The notes: generated from the sequence alone by a model not told the origin. A DNA stretch of 64,000 nt from Octopus sinensis (GCF_006345805.1 NC_043003.1:35216001-35280000); one strand, 5' to 3'. Shown: positions 1 through 14,067, counted from the stretch's first letter. Numbers and translations are program-made.

Positions 1-530
1 GTGGTTTAAATGTATTTCACCATAAAACCTCTCATTCAGAGCTGTGCAAAATAATATAATATATAACCCACAGGTACAGGAAAATATTTGATAGGCGTTC
101 TGGGAAATTTTCACATTGCTACCGTCCCAGTATGAAAAGTATCATTACACGAGGTCAATAACAGGAGCCTAAATCCAGTTGTAACTGTGGGGTCCTATGA
201 TCCTGTCCATGTGACCAACGATGCACGATTGAATCTGTCATATATGAGGCTGAAATTATTGCAGCGCTTGGTGACAAAACAGATAAGAAGACTTATATTG
301 GATTATATGAAGGGGAATTTTAAAATTGAGATGCAAATCACATAGCCTCCTTCCGACATAAGAACAAAAGCAAAGCTACTAAGTTGGCTAGCCATGTATG
401 GAATTTGAACTCTAACGCAACACCACACGTGATTAACTGGAAAATAATTGAAAAATCCACATGTTATGTTAATGGATCAAAGAAAAGTAAGCCATGTTTA
501 GCTGAAAGAGATCATATCCTTTTCAGATCT
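1..530 (+). mobile_element. Penelope-like retroelement 3' remnant (GIY-YIG endonuclease domain), pseudogenised
   Basis: One frame from 69 reads HRYRKIFDRRSGKFSHCYRPSMKSIITRGQ*QEPKSSCNCGVL*SCPCDQRCTIESVIYEAEII...KKTYIGLYEGEF*N*DANHIASFRHKNKSKATKLASHVWNL...VINWKIIEKSTCYVNGSKKSKPCLAERDHILF. This matches the Penelope linker (KIFNRNTVKxSYSCMPNMKSII, CNC..CP..C) plus GIY-YIG motifs (VIY...YIG, KxRxxNH, LSxYIWxL, WKI, CxLCLxE). Four in-frame stops. Confidence 0.85.
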
Positions 531-550
531 AATATATATATATATATATA

Positions 551-629
<79 letters not shown>

Positions 630-660
630 TATATATATATTTACATGTATGTATATGTGT

Positions 661-695
<35 letters not shown>

Positions 696-720
696 GTGTG
701 TGTGTGTGTGTTTGTTTGTA
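531..720. repeat. (AT)n / (GT)n microsatellite
   Basis: Direct reading; source of the spurious YIYI ORFs. Confidence 0.95.
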
Positions 721-3700
721 CGTACATACACACATATACATGGACACATCCACATACATGTGTATATGGAAACTGATTCCTCTTAACTACGCGTGATTGG
801 CAAAATTTTCCTCGTGTGTAACATACCATTAAGTTGCAGTAGAACATATCAGGGGTAAAAACAACATTACCAAATGCTTTCTAAAATATCTCGGTCAATA
901 CATTTTATCATTACATGTAGACTTTGACAATACGTCGAAATATGATTCTTGCCTACTTGTAACACCTATCAATACAAGCTTCATAAATGTATATATAAAT
1001 GACTGCAAAAATCATTGTTCGAAATAGTATTATAATTGTATTTACTACAAGAACACGAAAGACATGGCATTTTCTTAAGGTTAGACATTTACCATCATAA
1101 TCTCACTATAATCGTATCTGTATTTCAGATGAACGCCAAATAAGATTAAATTTTGAAATATTTGAATAATTACAAGTTTTGCATAGTAAAATTAACACAT
1201 AACATCTGTGGAAATGAATTGAAGTAATATTTCCCAGATATTCAAGAAACTTCACAGTCAGAATTTATATGTAAAGCATCAAAAATTACAATGGAATGAA
1301 AATTAACATAGCGCAACGTCAACAATAACACACAAGTTGTCAATCTTTCGTCAACTTTTCTAACGTCTAATGCATGTAGAAAATGTGTTGAAAGAAGGGT
1401 TGAGACTTCCAAAAATCTTCAGTTATAGGAAGAAAATTGGAGAACAGTCTAATACGAGCTGTGAATTTGAAGCAATGTCTAGATGAGGAAAATATAACAT
1501 ACAAGTACATCATGTTATTATTTAAGCCCAGTTAAAACCTGATCGAGCTTAATTATTGTGAAAGGTCTCATGGAGATGGGCAAGCCATTTTTCCTGCTTC
1601 CTTTTTATATCTATGAATAATTTGATGGCATACTTCTGACATACAGCAAGTAGGTATAGGGTTTCTCACAACGTATATGTAAGCCATGCAAGACTAAAAG
1701 ACAGAAGAGAAATATAATTGGGAAATGCAGGGTAGCAAAACACTTGTCATATTTGCTGTTACATTCAAGAGACACCTTAGATTGTGTTTATTTCCCCAAC
1801 CATCGATACCCAGAGTTTGGTGTGTTTGGTCATTGGAAGTTAAACGTTTTGGTCACATGCAAAATTCAGCAGCGGTAATTTGATACGAACTGCCATCATC
1901 TACCTTAGTTTTTCGATCATTATTTATTGTTTGTGAGCGTATATGTATGCATGTACTTATGCATGTGTCTCTCGCGCTCTCTCCCTCTCTCTATCTCTCG
2001 CACTCTCACTTTCTGTATATAGATATCTATGTATGAACGTATAAGTATATATTTTCACAAATGCTCGTGTATTTACACACATACACACACACGCACACAC
2101 GCACACACACACACGCACACATAGCTTCGTTCGTACAAAGAGCTGAGTGTATTCAAGTAAAATGATACACCACAAGGTATGTCCAGGTAAGAGTATTTAA
2201 TTAACACCCGAGTTTACAGTTATAAAACTACAAGCTAGTACAAGCGGGTCCCTGTAGAACTGTCCTAAGATTAAACACCTGCACACTGAACGGTATTGGC
2301 GAAATGTCTTCTGGTTATTCGGTTTGGAAGTAAATATAATTAAATATGTCTGTGCATATGCTACTACTCTGCGAAGGTGAAACTGTTGGATGAATATTAA
2401 TATGTATTAGGTTATGTATGCAATAGTAAATACATAGAAGTGTATCGGGTGTTAAATGTAAACATATGATTTTACAATTATATAGACAATTACATATATC
2501 TCTTGTATTCACCTACACTTGAGTCTTTATAATTCCATCACTTTTCATGTGTATACGGACACAATTAAAATTATACATTTTGGCGCAAAGTTACATATCA
2601 GTATGTGAAGAGACATATGCATATAATTTGAAATATGTATAAACAGGCGTTCCCAAGATAAATCTGTTTTAATTTAAATTTAACAAATCACACACACTAA
2701 CACACACGCGCGCGTGTGAACACTCTTATTAACTTGCCTTGGCTTTTCAAATACTGAATGGAGACAAAGTGGTATTGGCATTCTTTATAGCGTCATTTAA
2801 ACCTAGCACCATCCTTCCCTATGTACTTGCACCCACTGCCGGTTTGTTCTACAAAAATGGTGAACTCAAAGACAGACAGAACGAAAGAAACAGAAAAATT
2901 GGCTCAGTACACAAATGGCGCTTTATTTTTCGATTGTGAATGGAAGAATGGCAAAGTTGAGAACTCTGGGTTTAAAAGAATATTCTACTATACAGTGAAA
3001 AATGTTAACTACACTTCTTGAGAAAAAAAGATGTGATTAACAAAATATATCATCTCCCTTTGGGAGAGAGTTTCGTCGCTTCTGCTGATACAATCAAAAC
3101 ATTTAATGTAACTGTGGTCGACCCAAGCTGGAGCGTCAACGTCATAAATTAAATCGATGTGACCTTCAGGATTCTTACAACATGCCAGTTATGAGAAAAG
3201 TAACGACAGCATGCTTAATTCTTTGCCTTACCTCGTTCTCACAGTAGGTGAAAGTTATTTTTCCTATATCAAACAAAACGCGAAAAGTGAAACATACCTG
3301 AGGCCAGGTATGTGAGGCTATGATTATATGAGTCGTCACGAAAGTTTAAATTCTATTCTCCCCTACGCTGCCTTGATCCCTATATCATTGGTACGATGCA
3401 TGCAGAAAATATTCCATCAGTACTGCCCAAACAATGTGGCAAGTTTGCAAACAAAGGAACACTGGCCTCTTTTAACTTTTAGCCTGTACGAAACTTGGGC
3501 TCAAATCATATAGCAAAATTTGTAGCTGAACGGAATTAGTTTTATTCAATATTCCTGTCGAAAGGAAGATATCTAATATTAAAACGTCACCTCTGGTAAA
3601 TTGTTCTAAATATAGCAAGAAGAAACAGTAACATTTAGATAAATTTCCCCTAACAATTGATCCCTACTCTAGTGGTTGAGCGAATTCCCGAAATATTGCT

Positions 3701-3834
3701 TAAAAACTTCACCAGAATGATTTTAGACGGGGTCGACCAATTCTGGCATCAAAATAAGTTTATAAATAAGTATATCAAGAATATCAAGATTATCAAGAAA
3801 CACACTGACACGTATATAAAGACTTTCTATTATC

Positions 3835-4160
3835 TTTTACTTCCATGGTCGAGTAGCATATTGAAAAATGCTAATCGAATAAATCGACCATAGTGCTCAT
3901 TCTTTCGGTCTATAGTGCCGAACTGCTAAGTTACAGAGATGTAAGCACACAAACAACGGTTGTCAAACGGGGTGGGGGACTAACGCAGGTAAAAAACACA
4001 CTCACATATGTCTTTTTTTTTAGTTTCCGCCTGCCAAATACGCTCACCAAGTTTGGTCAGTCCCAGGCTATAATAGAAGACAGCTTCCCTGGGTGCCATG
4101 TAGTGGGCATGATCCATAACCATGAGGTCGGGAAGGAAGCTTCTTACCACAGAGTTACGC
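3835..4160 (-). mobile_element. tRNA-type SINE family A, degenerate copy
   Basis: Reverse complement aligns to the 23240-23662 copy (tttccgcctgccaaat..., ggttgtcaa, gccgaactgctaagtt). Confidence 0.7.
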
Positions 4161-4853
4161 TTGTATGTGTATGTGTGCATGTGTGTGTGCGCGCGCGTGT
4201 GTACGTGCGGGCATGCGCGCATAATTGGGTATGTGCTAGGAATCTGTTGGCGACAACTGGGATAGTATGAAAATCTCGATACAAGATTGATGTGTTAATG
4301 TAGATTGAAAGGAGGGTTTTTTATGTGATAAAATAGGCACACTGGATGATCAAGGTGTTTCGTAAATATACATCGGTATATATCAGCATTCAAATGTTCA
4401 GATATGTGGTTAAAATGGTTACTAAACCAGAGTCAAGACAAAAGACAAGACACACTCGTACACAGGAATTCAGGGTAAGAGTTGATGGATTTGCAAATAT
4501 TAATTATGGTTGGAATAATGGCAACGATATTGAGTAAAAACAATAGCTGACAGATGCATATATACACTTATATAGACGTTTATTAATGATCTGTGAACCC
4601 TTTTGAAAATGTATGCGACCAAATTTTCTGTGAATGCATTGCGGAAACTTTTCTGAACGAGATCTGAGTTATAAGATCTTTGTATGGAAGGAATGTGACA
4701 AACCGGACATGGTGCAATGAATGATTAGAAGGAAAACTTTTCTAGGCATATGCTATCGATCTGCAAAATATGACCTATTTAAAATATGATATTCATTTCA
4801 ATTTAAAGAGGTAAATGGACATATATGTGTGTGAGCATATGCGTGTACATATA

Positions 4854-6486
4854 CAGTCTCTCACAGAAGTTTGTATACTCCTAAAAATGTTCAGTAAAAT
4901 TACCATTACTCTGACAATATCGAAGGAAATCAAACGAAATTTATACTGAATAAAATATATTATACATGCAATCATTATACAAATATGGAACACAAAGCAA
5001 TAAACATTTTCAAAAATATTAATTTTCAAACATTATAACAATTTGTACACCCTAAAGGAAATCTGCTATATTCAATATTTTATTCACATTTTTTTTGGTA
5101 CTAAATTCAGATATTGCTGATAATTTCAATTCTAATAATTTATTTCACCTGGTATTTTTGCACCGGTCATTGTTATTGCATCTGCAGGAATTCTGATTTG
5201 TGTACCCTGGTAAAAAAATTTTCTTCATTTTGATTAAAACGGCACCAAAAGGAAAAGAATTGTCTGAGGATTTGAAGAAAATTATTTTTAATTTGCACAA
5301 GAATGGTTCACGATATAAGTTAATTAGCAAACGAATATATATTAGCGTAAACACAGTTGCTAGAGTAATTCAGAGGTGCAAAGCTACTGGACAGCTAAGC
5401 AATAAACATAATCTAGGTCGTCCTATTTTAATTGCGCGAGATATTCGCCACAACCAACGTTGTGTGATGGACGAGAAGCATCGTACCGCTTCATCTTTGG
5501 CCCAAGAAATGTCTTCTGTTAGTGGAAATAGTGTTACCGCCCAAACAGTTGCCGAAGTTTGACCCAGTGTGGTCTTCAGGGAAGTATTCCTCGTAGGAAG
5601 CCTCTCCTCACTGCCAGGCATAAGTGAAGTCGTCTGTCATTTGCCGAAACCTATGTGTGTAAGGGAAAGGAATTTGAGAATGAAATTATTTTATCTGACG
5701 AGACTAAAATCAACTTGTTTGGGTCAGATTGTATTAAGCGAATATGGCGACGACCAGGAGAAGATAATAGCGACAAATGTAATGTGCCTACCGTGAAACA
5801 CCGTGGTGGAAGTGTTATGCCTTGGGGATGCATGAATACAGCTGGTATGGGAAAACTCACATTTACTGAGAGAACGATGGATTCAAGGCTTTATTGTGAC
5901 ATATTGCAGAAAACAATGCTGAAAAGTATCAAGGGACTAGAAAACAATTCCATGTTCCAGCATATTAATAACCCTAAACACACTTCAATGATGACGCTAA
6001 GTTTTTATTATATAAAAATGTTAAAGTAATAAATTGGCCTACCATGTCACCTGATTTCAACCCAATAGAACATCTGTGGGGTGTTTTGAAAAAGAAGGTT
6101 GAAGAGAAAAAACCTGCAATGTAACACGGTTGAAAGACATCATTCAGAATGAATGGAGGTCGATTTTATTGGAGATATGCGGGAATTTAGTTGACTCTGT
6201 GGCCAGAAGACTTAATGCAATCATTGAAAGCAAGGGCGGTCACACCAAGTATTGAATATAGTAAATAATACTTTAGGGTGTACATATTTTTGTATCGTTT
6301 GAAAATTAATATTTCGTTCATATCTTTGAAAATTTTTATTGCTTTGTGCTCCAAATTAATTTGTATAATGTTTGAATGCTTGAATATATTTTATTCAGTA
6401 TAAATTTCGTTTGAGTTCCTTTGATATCAAAGTAATGGTAATATTATTGAAATTTTTTAGGGCGTACATACTTCTGTGAGATACTC
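4854..6486 (+). mobile_element. Full-length decayed Tc1-family DNA transposon (~1.63 kb) with ~205-215 bp IR/DR terminal inverted repeats
   Basis: TA|cagtctctcacagaagtttgtatactcctaaa at 4852 versus tttagggcgtacatacttctgtgagatactc|TA at 6488. TIRs run 4854-5056 and 6271-6486. TA flanks both ends and a transposase ORF lies inside. Confidence 0.93.
5239..6255 (+). pseudogene. Tc1 transposase pseudogene (DDE), frameshifts and stops
   Basis: Start decayed to ACG (xAPKGKELSEDLK...), GRP motif, RKPLL, ILSDETKINLFGSD (first D), KHRGGSVMPWGC, FQHINNPKH (second D lost, normally FQHDNDPKH), WPTMSPDFNPIEHLW (E), ends KGGHTKY*. Confidence 0.92.
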
Positions 6487-6593
6487 TAAATGTAGCCATT
6501 TAGGGATAATTCAATATCGCAATATCTTGAATGGGTCATATTTTCCAGTTGAAGCATATCAGATAAATAACGTTTACCAATACAGATCTTTTT

Positions 6594-7109
6594 TGTACAG
6601 ATGTATATCAGTAGATATATATACATAAAGGTGTGTCCTAGGTATGATTCTAAACTTAGTTGGGCTTTCGTATTAACTGAATCCCATGATGGGTCTTTGA
6701 GGACTGTGGCATCACCTTTTCGCTATGATTGTTCCCAGGTCTAATCTGACGTACAGTAGGATCACCTATCAAGGTGCTAGCTATAGATTAACTAACATAC
6801 GTGCGCGGATGCAGATATACACTGTTAGTGTCAGGGCACGCAATGAATCCACCGTCAGTGAGTAACTCCCAGCTGTTGCAACAGCGAGTGGCAGAAACTA
6901 CTACGCGTGAGACATACTGATGTTTCATGTAATTCCTGGTCACCTCACTTCGATCCCTCACTAGCTACTAATCACGGATAGTCAGTGTGGTCTTCTTGTT
7001 GTATAAGTGACCATCGCTATTATCCAATAAAGTACAGATGTCTCTTTAGGGTGACAATATTTGCCATTTCATCAATGGAAAGTGCTGACACAACCAGTCG
7101 GTTACAACA
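6594..7109. mobile_element. Possible solo LTR or other ~0.5 kb interspersed repeat
   Basis: Non-coding, higher-GC block bounded by TGT...ACA with TTTT on both sides; TATAA near 7002 and AATAAA at 7026-7031. The putative TSD is low-complexity, so support is weak. Confidence 0.3.
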
Positions 7110-7567
7110 TTTTAGTTGTCACGTATACTTCAAACCACGCGGATCTGCAACGGGTCTTTAATTGTGCTCAACAGCTATTTCAAATATTTAATAATATAGT
7201 GCTGATACATCATTAAATTAAATTTATTTTAACTAAATTAAATTGAAATATGTGCTTCTTCAATTTATCAAGAAAGCTGTTATGTTAAGTAGAATACTGT
7301 CACTTGTTTAAATACACCAAGACTTAGGGAAACTGATGGTGTTGTCTCGGTGTCGATGTGTTTAAACCAGAAACTGTTTTCTAAACAATATAATACATCC
7401 TTGCCGATTTGGTTAAACACTGTTTCTCAAATAATTTAACTTGATTAATATATCACAGTTATGTATTCTTACGTATGATAGCGTTAACAAAATAAATGGG
7501 CACAAGAAACTTATAAGCGACATTTATGATTTTGTATTTATACAAAATAGGATACTCTAAAGATAGT

Positions 7568-7744
7568 TTTAGTCATTTGACTGCAGCCATGCTGGAGCAC
7601 CAACCGAAGGGGTTTTGGTTGCATAAATCGAATCTAGGTCCTATTCTTTGTAAGCCTATTACATATCACTATATTGGGACGTAAACACACCAACATTGGT
7701 TGTCAAGTGAAGGAGGAGGGACAAACGCAGCCACAAAGACACAC

Positions 7745-7784
<40 letters not shown>

Positions 7785-7912
7785 TACGGGCTTCTTTCAG
7801 TTTCCGTCTACCAAATCTACTCACAAGGCTTTGGTCAGCCCGAAGCTTTAGTCGAACCCGGAACCATGTGATTGGGAAGCAAGCTTCTTACAACGCACCC
7901 ACGCCTGCTCCT
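7568..7912 (-). mobile_element. SINE family A copy with internal deletion
   Basis: agtcatttgactgcagccatgctggagcacc tail, internal (TA)n, tttccgtctaccaaatctactcacaaggctttggtc body, and head ending ccacgcctgctccta. Confidence 0.85.
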
Positions 7913-7961
7913 ATATATATGCATATATTTATATATACAGGTCTATGTAAGTACATATATA

Positions 7962-8726
7962 CGAGGGTTTGACCAAAAGTAACCGGAAACGTTGTCTGAG
8001 GGACAAGCCTGTTATAGTTCTGGCTAACGCCGCTAGAAGCCATCTGATGTGAACCCCAGCCATTAGGCTGCCGACTAGCGTCGTCGGTTGATGTTGTACT
8101 GCCACGTAATGCCTCTTTGTTTTGTAGTGCTTCTCCCCTATTCATTGATTTTTACGATGGGCTGAAGCGGCAAAACGCTGTATTGCCAGGAAATTCTGTT
8201 TTCTGCTGGGGAAAATGGCAGCCGAAACAGTTACTATAATTTAGACAAGTTGCTTGTAGGCTGCCATGATCAAAATACAATTTTACGAGTGGTTTCCATG
8301 CTTTAGCAATGGTAACTTGTCGCTTGAGGAACAACCTCGTTCAGGGGTACCGTCGACCGGCCGCACGAATGAAAGCATCATGAATATTCATGAACTGATC
8401 TTGGATGACCACCACTGAACATTTGACGAACCTATTGGTATGTCATGGAGCTCCTACAAACAATTTTTGAGCGAGGAATTACGAATGAAAATAATTGCAG
8501 CAAAATTTGTGCCTCGCTTCTTCACGGAAGATTAAAAGCATTCACGACTGAATGCATGTCGTGAACTAAAAGAACACTTGGAAGTCACTACGGATCTGTT
8601 TTCAAGGGTCATCACTGGTGAAGAAAGCTGGTCCTAGAAAATTTGAAGATGTTGAGGAGGTGGAGAAAAAAAAGGCATTAAAATGCAGAACTTCGCAACA
8701 GTTCCAGCACTGATTTCAAACATTGT
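7962..8726 (+). mobile_element. mariner-family transposon remnant with catalytic core deleted
   Basis: TA|cgagggtttgaccaaaagtaaccgg left end. Translation: RKFCFLLGKMAAETV..FYEWFPCFSNGNLSLEEQPRSGVPST..GMSWSS..LSEELRMKIIAAKFVPRFFTED*K..FSRVITGEESW, then jumps to C-terminal KFEDVEEV..KALK..QFQH*F. Confidence 0.88.
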
Positions 8727-8908
8727 CCTACTCATTGACAATTTTTGATATCTCGGCATCTGAAGCAGTTGAAGATATGATAGTTTGACCAAAAGTATCG
8801 GCTAACGCAAGCGAAAATGAATATTGGAAAAAACGCATTTCACCAAATTTTGAAAATTATATATATATACATGTATATATGAATATATATATATATATAT
8901 ATATACAC

Positions 8909-8948
<40 letters not shown>

Positions 8949-9003
8949 ATATGAATATATATATATATATACATGTATATATATATATATATACATGTAT
9001 ATA

Positions 9004-9035
<32 letters not shown>

Positions 9036-9124
9036 ATATAAGCGAGAGAGTGATTAAGAGAGAGGGAGAGAGGGAGAGCGATCCAAATAGATTGATAGAG
9101 AGACAAATTTCTTTTCTGTTTCTC

Positions 9125-9475
9125 GCATGCGGACATGTCGGAGCATGGCCTTGGAGTGTTTAGTTGAGTCAAACTGACCCAATTTATTTCTAAATATGTT
9201 AATTTTTCTACATGCAATTATGCCGAACCGCTATGTTATAGCGATGTGAAATATCCAACGGCATTTCTCAAGGTGTGGCGAGGAATATAAACTAACGCAC
9301 ACTTAGATACACAGAGGCTCTGGCACACACACATATTTGCGATAGGCTTCTACAAAGTTTGCTCCTATCAAATTTTCTAATTTATTATTTGGTTACTAGG
9401 CTACAGGAGTAGACCCACAGCCCCAAAACGAAATTGTCTGCAAGCAAGCGTCTTAACCATACAGCCATGCCTGCA
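9125..9475 (-). mobile_element. Old SINE family A-related copy
   Basis: atgccgaaccgctatgtt and gcaagcaagcgtcttaaccatacagccatgcctgc match family A landmarks. Confidence 0.55.
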
Positions 9476-9580
9476 TTTGTATATTATGTTTGGAATATTT
9501 TTACATTACTGCCATGCATCTGAATATTTCTGACTTGCATAATGAGATATATATATATACATACATATGTACATACACAT

Positions 9581-9636
<56 letters not shown>

Positions 9637-9800
9637 ACCTTTGCATTTGATTTTTAATGTCTCTACCCTCATACTTCTTGAGTTGAATTGAGCAAACACT
9701 ATATGAGAGAGGTTTTCTTTAAGTGTTAGAAATAGTTTTTTAGCTGCTATTTCTAACGAGTTCAGTATGCGGCAAAGTAATTTATTTTACTAAGCCCTTT

Positions 9801-9843
<43 letters not shown>

Positions 9844-9856
9844 CACACATATAAAT

Positions 9857-9921
<65 letters not shown>

Positions 9922-10114
9922 TATGTGTGTGAGAGAGAGAGTATGTGTGTGTGAGAGAGAGAGACAGAGAGACAAGAAGATAGACAGATTGATAGATAGA
10001 GATATATATTCATAGATATATAGATACATTTTTATACATACCACTAGAAATGGAAATTAGACCTATATCTATCTATCTATCTGTGTGCAGCCCTGTGTGG
10101 CTAATAAAGAAACA

Positions 10115-10155
<41 letters not shown>

Positions 10156-10170
10156 ATTCACCTATCTATT

Positions 10171-10346
10171 TCCTTACTACCCACACGGGGCTAAACACAG
10201 AGAGGACAAACATGTACAGACAAGCGGATTAAGTCGATTATATCGACCCCAGTGCGTAACTGGTACTTATTTAATCGACCCCGAAAGGATTAGAGACAAA
10301 GGCGACCTTGGCGGAATTTGAACTCAGAACGCAGCGGCAGACGAAT
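10171..10346 (-). mobile_element. SINE family B copy (head truncated)
   Basis: aagtcgattatatcgaccccagtgcgtaactggtacttatttaatcgaccccgaaagg...ggcggaatttgaactcagaacg is the reverse complement of the B-family core. Confidence 0.85.
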
Positions 10347-11559
10347 CAATATAGCTATAGACATATGTATGTATGTATGTCGTAATTATAGCTCTCACAT
10401 ACTATATAGTAATTCACAATATATCTATTATATATCGTGCAATATCATCAAATATAGTGGTCACAATATCATATGGGACGGATACATTAATATTTTCATT
10501 TCCGGAGGTAGTTCTCTTTCTCTCTCATTCTCTCTCTTTGCTGTTTTTTTTCTTTTGTAAGAAACTTTAACGGTGCTTCTGTGAAATCACTCATTTTTAC
10601 AATTCTTTGAACATCTATACTGAAAGTATCTCAAACTTATACATTTGGTTATTTAGCCATGTATGCATGCATGTTTGTAGATAACACAGTTCTTGAGACC
10701 TGGTGGAATTTTAACAGAACTAACCCTAAATGTGCTTTTTGGATATATCTTTCACTATTTTTATTTATCCTTCACATGAAGATAAAAAGTGAAATTGTGT
10801 AAGGTCATAGGATATATATTAAAAAATCTTGTTACAATTTCTACAAAAAGTTATGTAACTTTAGGGAACTTGCGCAAGTAATATTCTAAATATCATTTTT
10901 AAACCAACATCTCACCTTGAAATATGCTCACGATAAGCGAAAAATATTCACATTACGCTTCTTTTTTTTTTTTTTCATAGCAACGAAAGTCGTTTACAAA
11001 ATTTTTCGGAAAATAAAATATTCAGATCCATCTTGATGAACATTATGGCCGACCCATAAAATGCTTTCAATACAACTTTCATATTCATACTGGTAGTTAT
11101 AATGCAAATAAAAATACTTATAAAGAAGAATACATGGAGAAAATTAATATAGCGATAAATCTTACGCAGATGAGCAAAATCGAATGAATTTTAAATTCTA
11201 GAATATGATGTGCATAAATGTTTATAAACTCCTCACTTCTTCCACTTCGTGCATGTTAAAGTTTACATATAATTTAATGTATATGTAAAATAGGCAGTAA
11301 CTCTGTGTGCGTATATGTGTGTACGTGTGGTTGGGTGTGTGAGCTTACGCAAATCATACTCTCACACACTTATATTTAAACATATATGATGCATCTATAT
11401 ATATTATGCTTGTATATGCGAAAGCTGAATATTTCTAGGCATCGTACGTTAGCAATTTGAAACAAACACAGGTCTATTTAATATTCATTATTGGTGCTAA
11501 TAGGTGTTGTTTAAAGGTACATAATAATACAATATATTTACTAGTGGCTTATTTTTCGT

Positions 11560-11652
11560 ATTACATGTATCTGTGTGTGTGTGGTGTGTGTGTGTGAGTG
11601 TGTGTGTGGATACATATATACATATACATACATATACATACATATACATACT

Positions 11653-11733
<81 letters not shown>

Positions 11734-12514
11734 AAAATAAAAGGAAATAATTAAATAAATTTTGATAATATATTAGTCTACACATTCTCTGTCGCTATAC
11801 ATACTAGCAATATACATTTATATGTGTGTGCATTTGTATTTATGTGTGTATCTAGAAATATATATATGTATATAGGTATACATATGCATATATATACATA
11901 TCAATATAATATATATATATGTATGCTTATATAAATGTATGTATATAAATGTGTGTATGTGCGAGTGTGTGTATGTGTGTGTGCGTGTGTGCACCCTTTT
12001 CTCTGTATGTGTATGTAAAAAAATAATATTCATACATATGTGTTTATCTGTGGGAAGAATGTGCATGAATAGGTATAAAAATAAAGAATATATAAACCTA
12101 CATACGTAATGTTTTTTTAAATTTATTGTTGATATATTGGCATTGGTCATTATCATAAGGATACTCAAATTAATATTTCTTCGATTGTCCAATCAATAAC
12201 TCAACAGGTCTTATTCGGTAACATGGATTCTATATACCCATGTATGAGATTTTGTTTGCAGAGTTTGCGGAGCACCACTGTTTGTAACAAATAAATGTTG
12301 TTGAAATCTAGTGAAAAAAAGTTTTGTCCGAATAAAATTATTACTTAAAAGTTAATATAAAATATTTCGAGGGGGAAATTTTATTTCACAAAATGTTGTC
12401 ATACACACTTATACTAATACAAAAAGTGTACTTAAATTTCCCCATTGTAACCACATTATATGTATGTATATATATATATATACATTTACATCTATATATA
12501 CATTTATATATATA

Positions 12515-12583
<69 letters not shown>

Positions 12584-12951
12584 CTGTATGTATATATATA
12601 AAGACTTCATATGGACAGGCATATGTATATTATCTATATACACACACACATATATATAAATATAAATAGATATATATATATATATGTATTTGTATATACA
12701 TATGTATATATGTGTGTATATATCTATACAAATATATACATATTTGTGTTTGTGTGTACATATGTGTATATACATATGTAAGTAGATATATACGTATATA
12801 GATATATATATATGTATGAATTTATAAATATATATACAGGTATATATGAAAGAAGGTTTGAAAATGCAAATTTCAAGATGTTTATTCACTTTTATATATA
12901 ACTATATATATATACATGTATATATATATATATATAGATATATATATATAT

Positions 12952-12990
<39 letters not shown>

Positions 12991-13733
12991 TACACCCATA
13001 CATATGTTGATAGACAAGTAGAAAGATAGATTGATTGATAGATATAATCCTTATAAACATGAAAATATGTGTAAACACATGTATGCCCACAATATATATA
13101 TATATACATTACCTATATATATATATATATATATGTGTTTATATATATATACTTATGTATGTATGTATGTATGTATGTGTGAGTATGCGTGTGGGTGTGG
13201 GTGCATGTATATATATATATATGTATTTATTTACATGTGTGTATACATATCTATACGTATGTATACATGCATGTATGTATGAATGTATGTATGTATGTAT
13301 CTTTTAAATTTTTGTTCATTCAGAACTTGGGTCACTACTTTCAACGGTTATGTCCGTTATATTGAATTCATTTTATCGGAACTTTTCTCCGAAACGCTAC
13401 ACTTGATGGTGGTGGGGTGTAATCAAAACACCACTAATACTGTTAAATGGCCAAACATAAACACAATCTCACTGTGGAAAAACCATATACATACATTTAT
13501 ATATACATGCACATACGTCCAGGTTAATATGAATAAACATATGCATATATGAATATATGCGCATGTATATATGCATGCACAATCACAGATTCACGTTAAG
13601 ACATATACATATACATATTTTAACACACAAACACATACATATATATATATATAGAGAGAGATTTATGACGTTTTTAAAAGTTATACCCGCTTACACACAT
13701 GGAGATACATGTATACCTATTTATGGATATATA

Positions 13734-13808
<75 letters not shown>

Positions 13809-13924
13809 TTCAACAAAACCTGTTACTCTAAGTTTCGCGTTGCCGTTCATCGGACAGTTTTTACTATATATATATACACACACACTCACTTACACACCCA
13901 AGTACACACACGCACATGTACATG

Positions 13925-13996
<72 letters not shown>

Positions 13997-14027
13997 TTGA
14001 TTGATAGATAGATAGATAGATAGATAT

Positions 14028-14066
<39 letters not shown>

Positions 14067-14067
14067 C

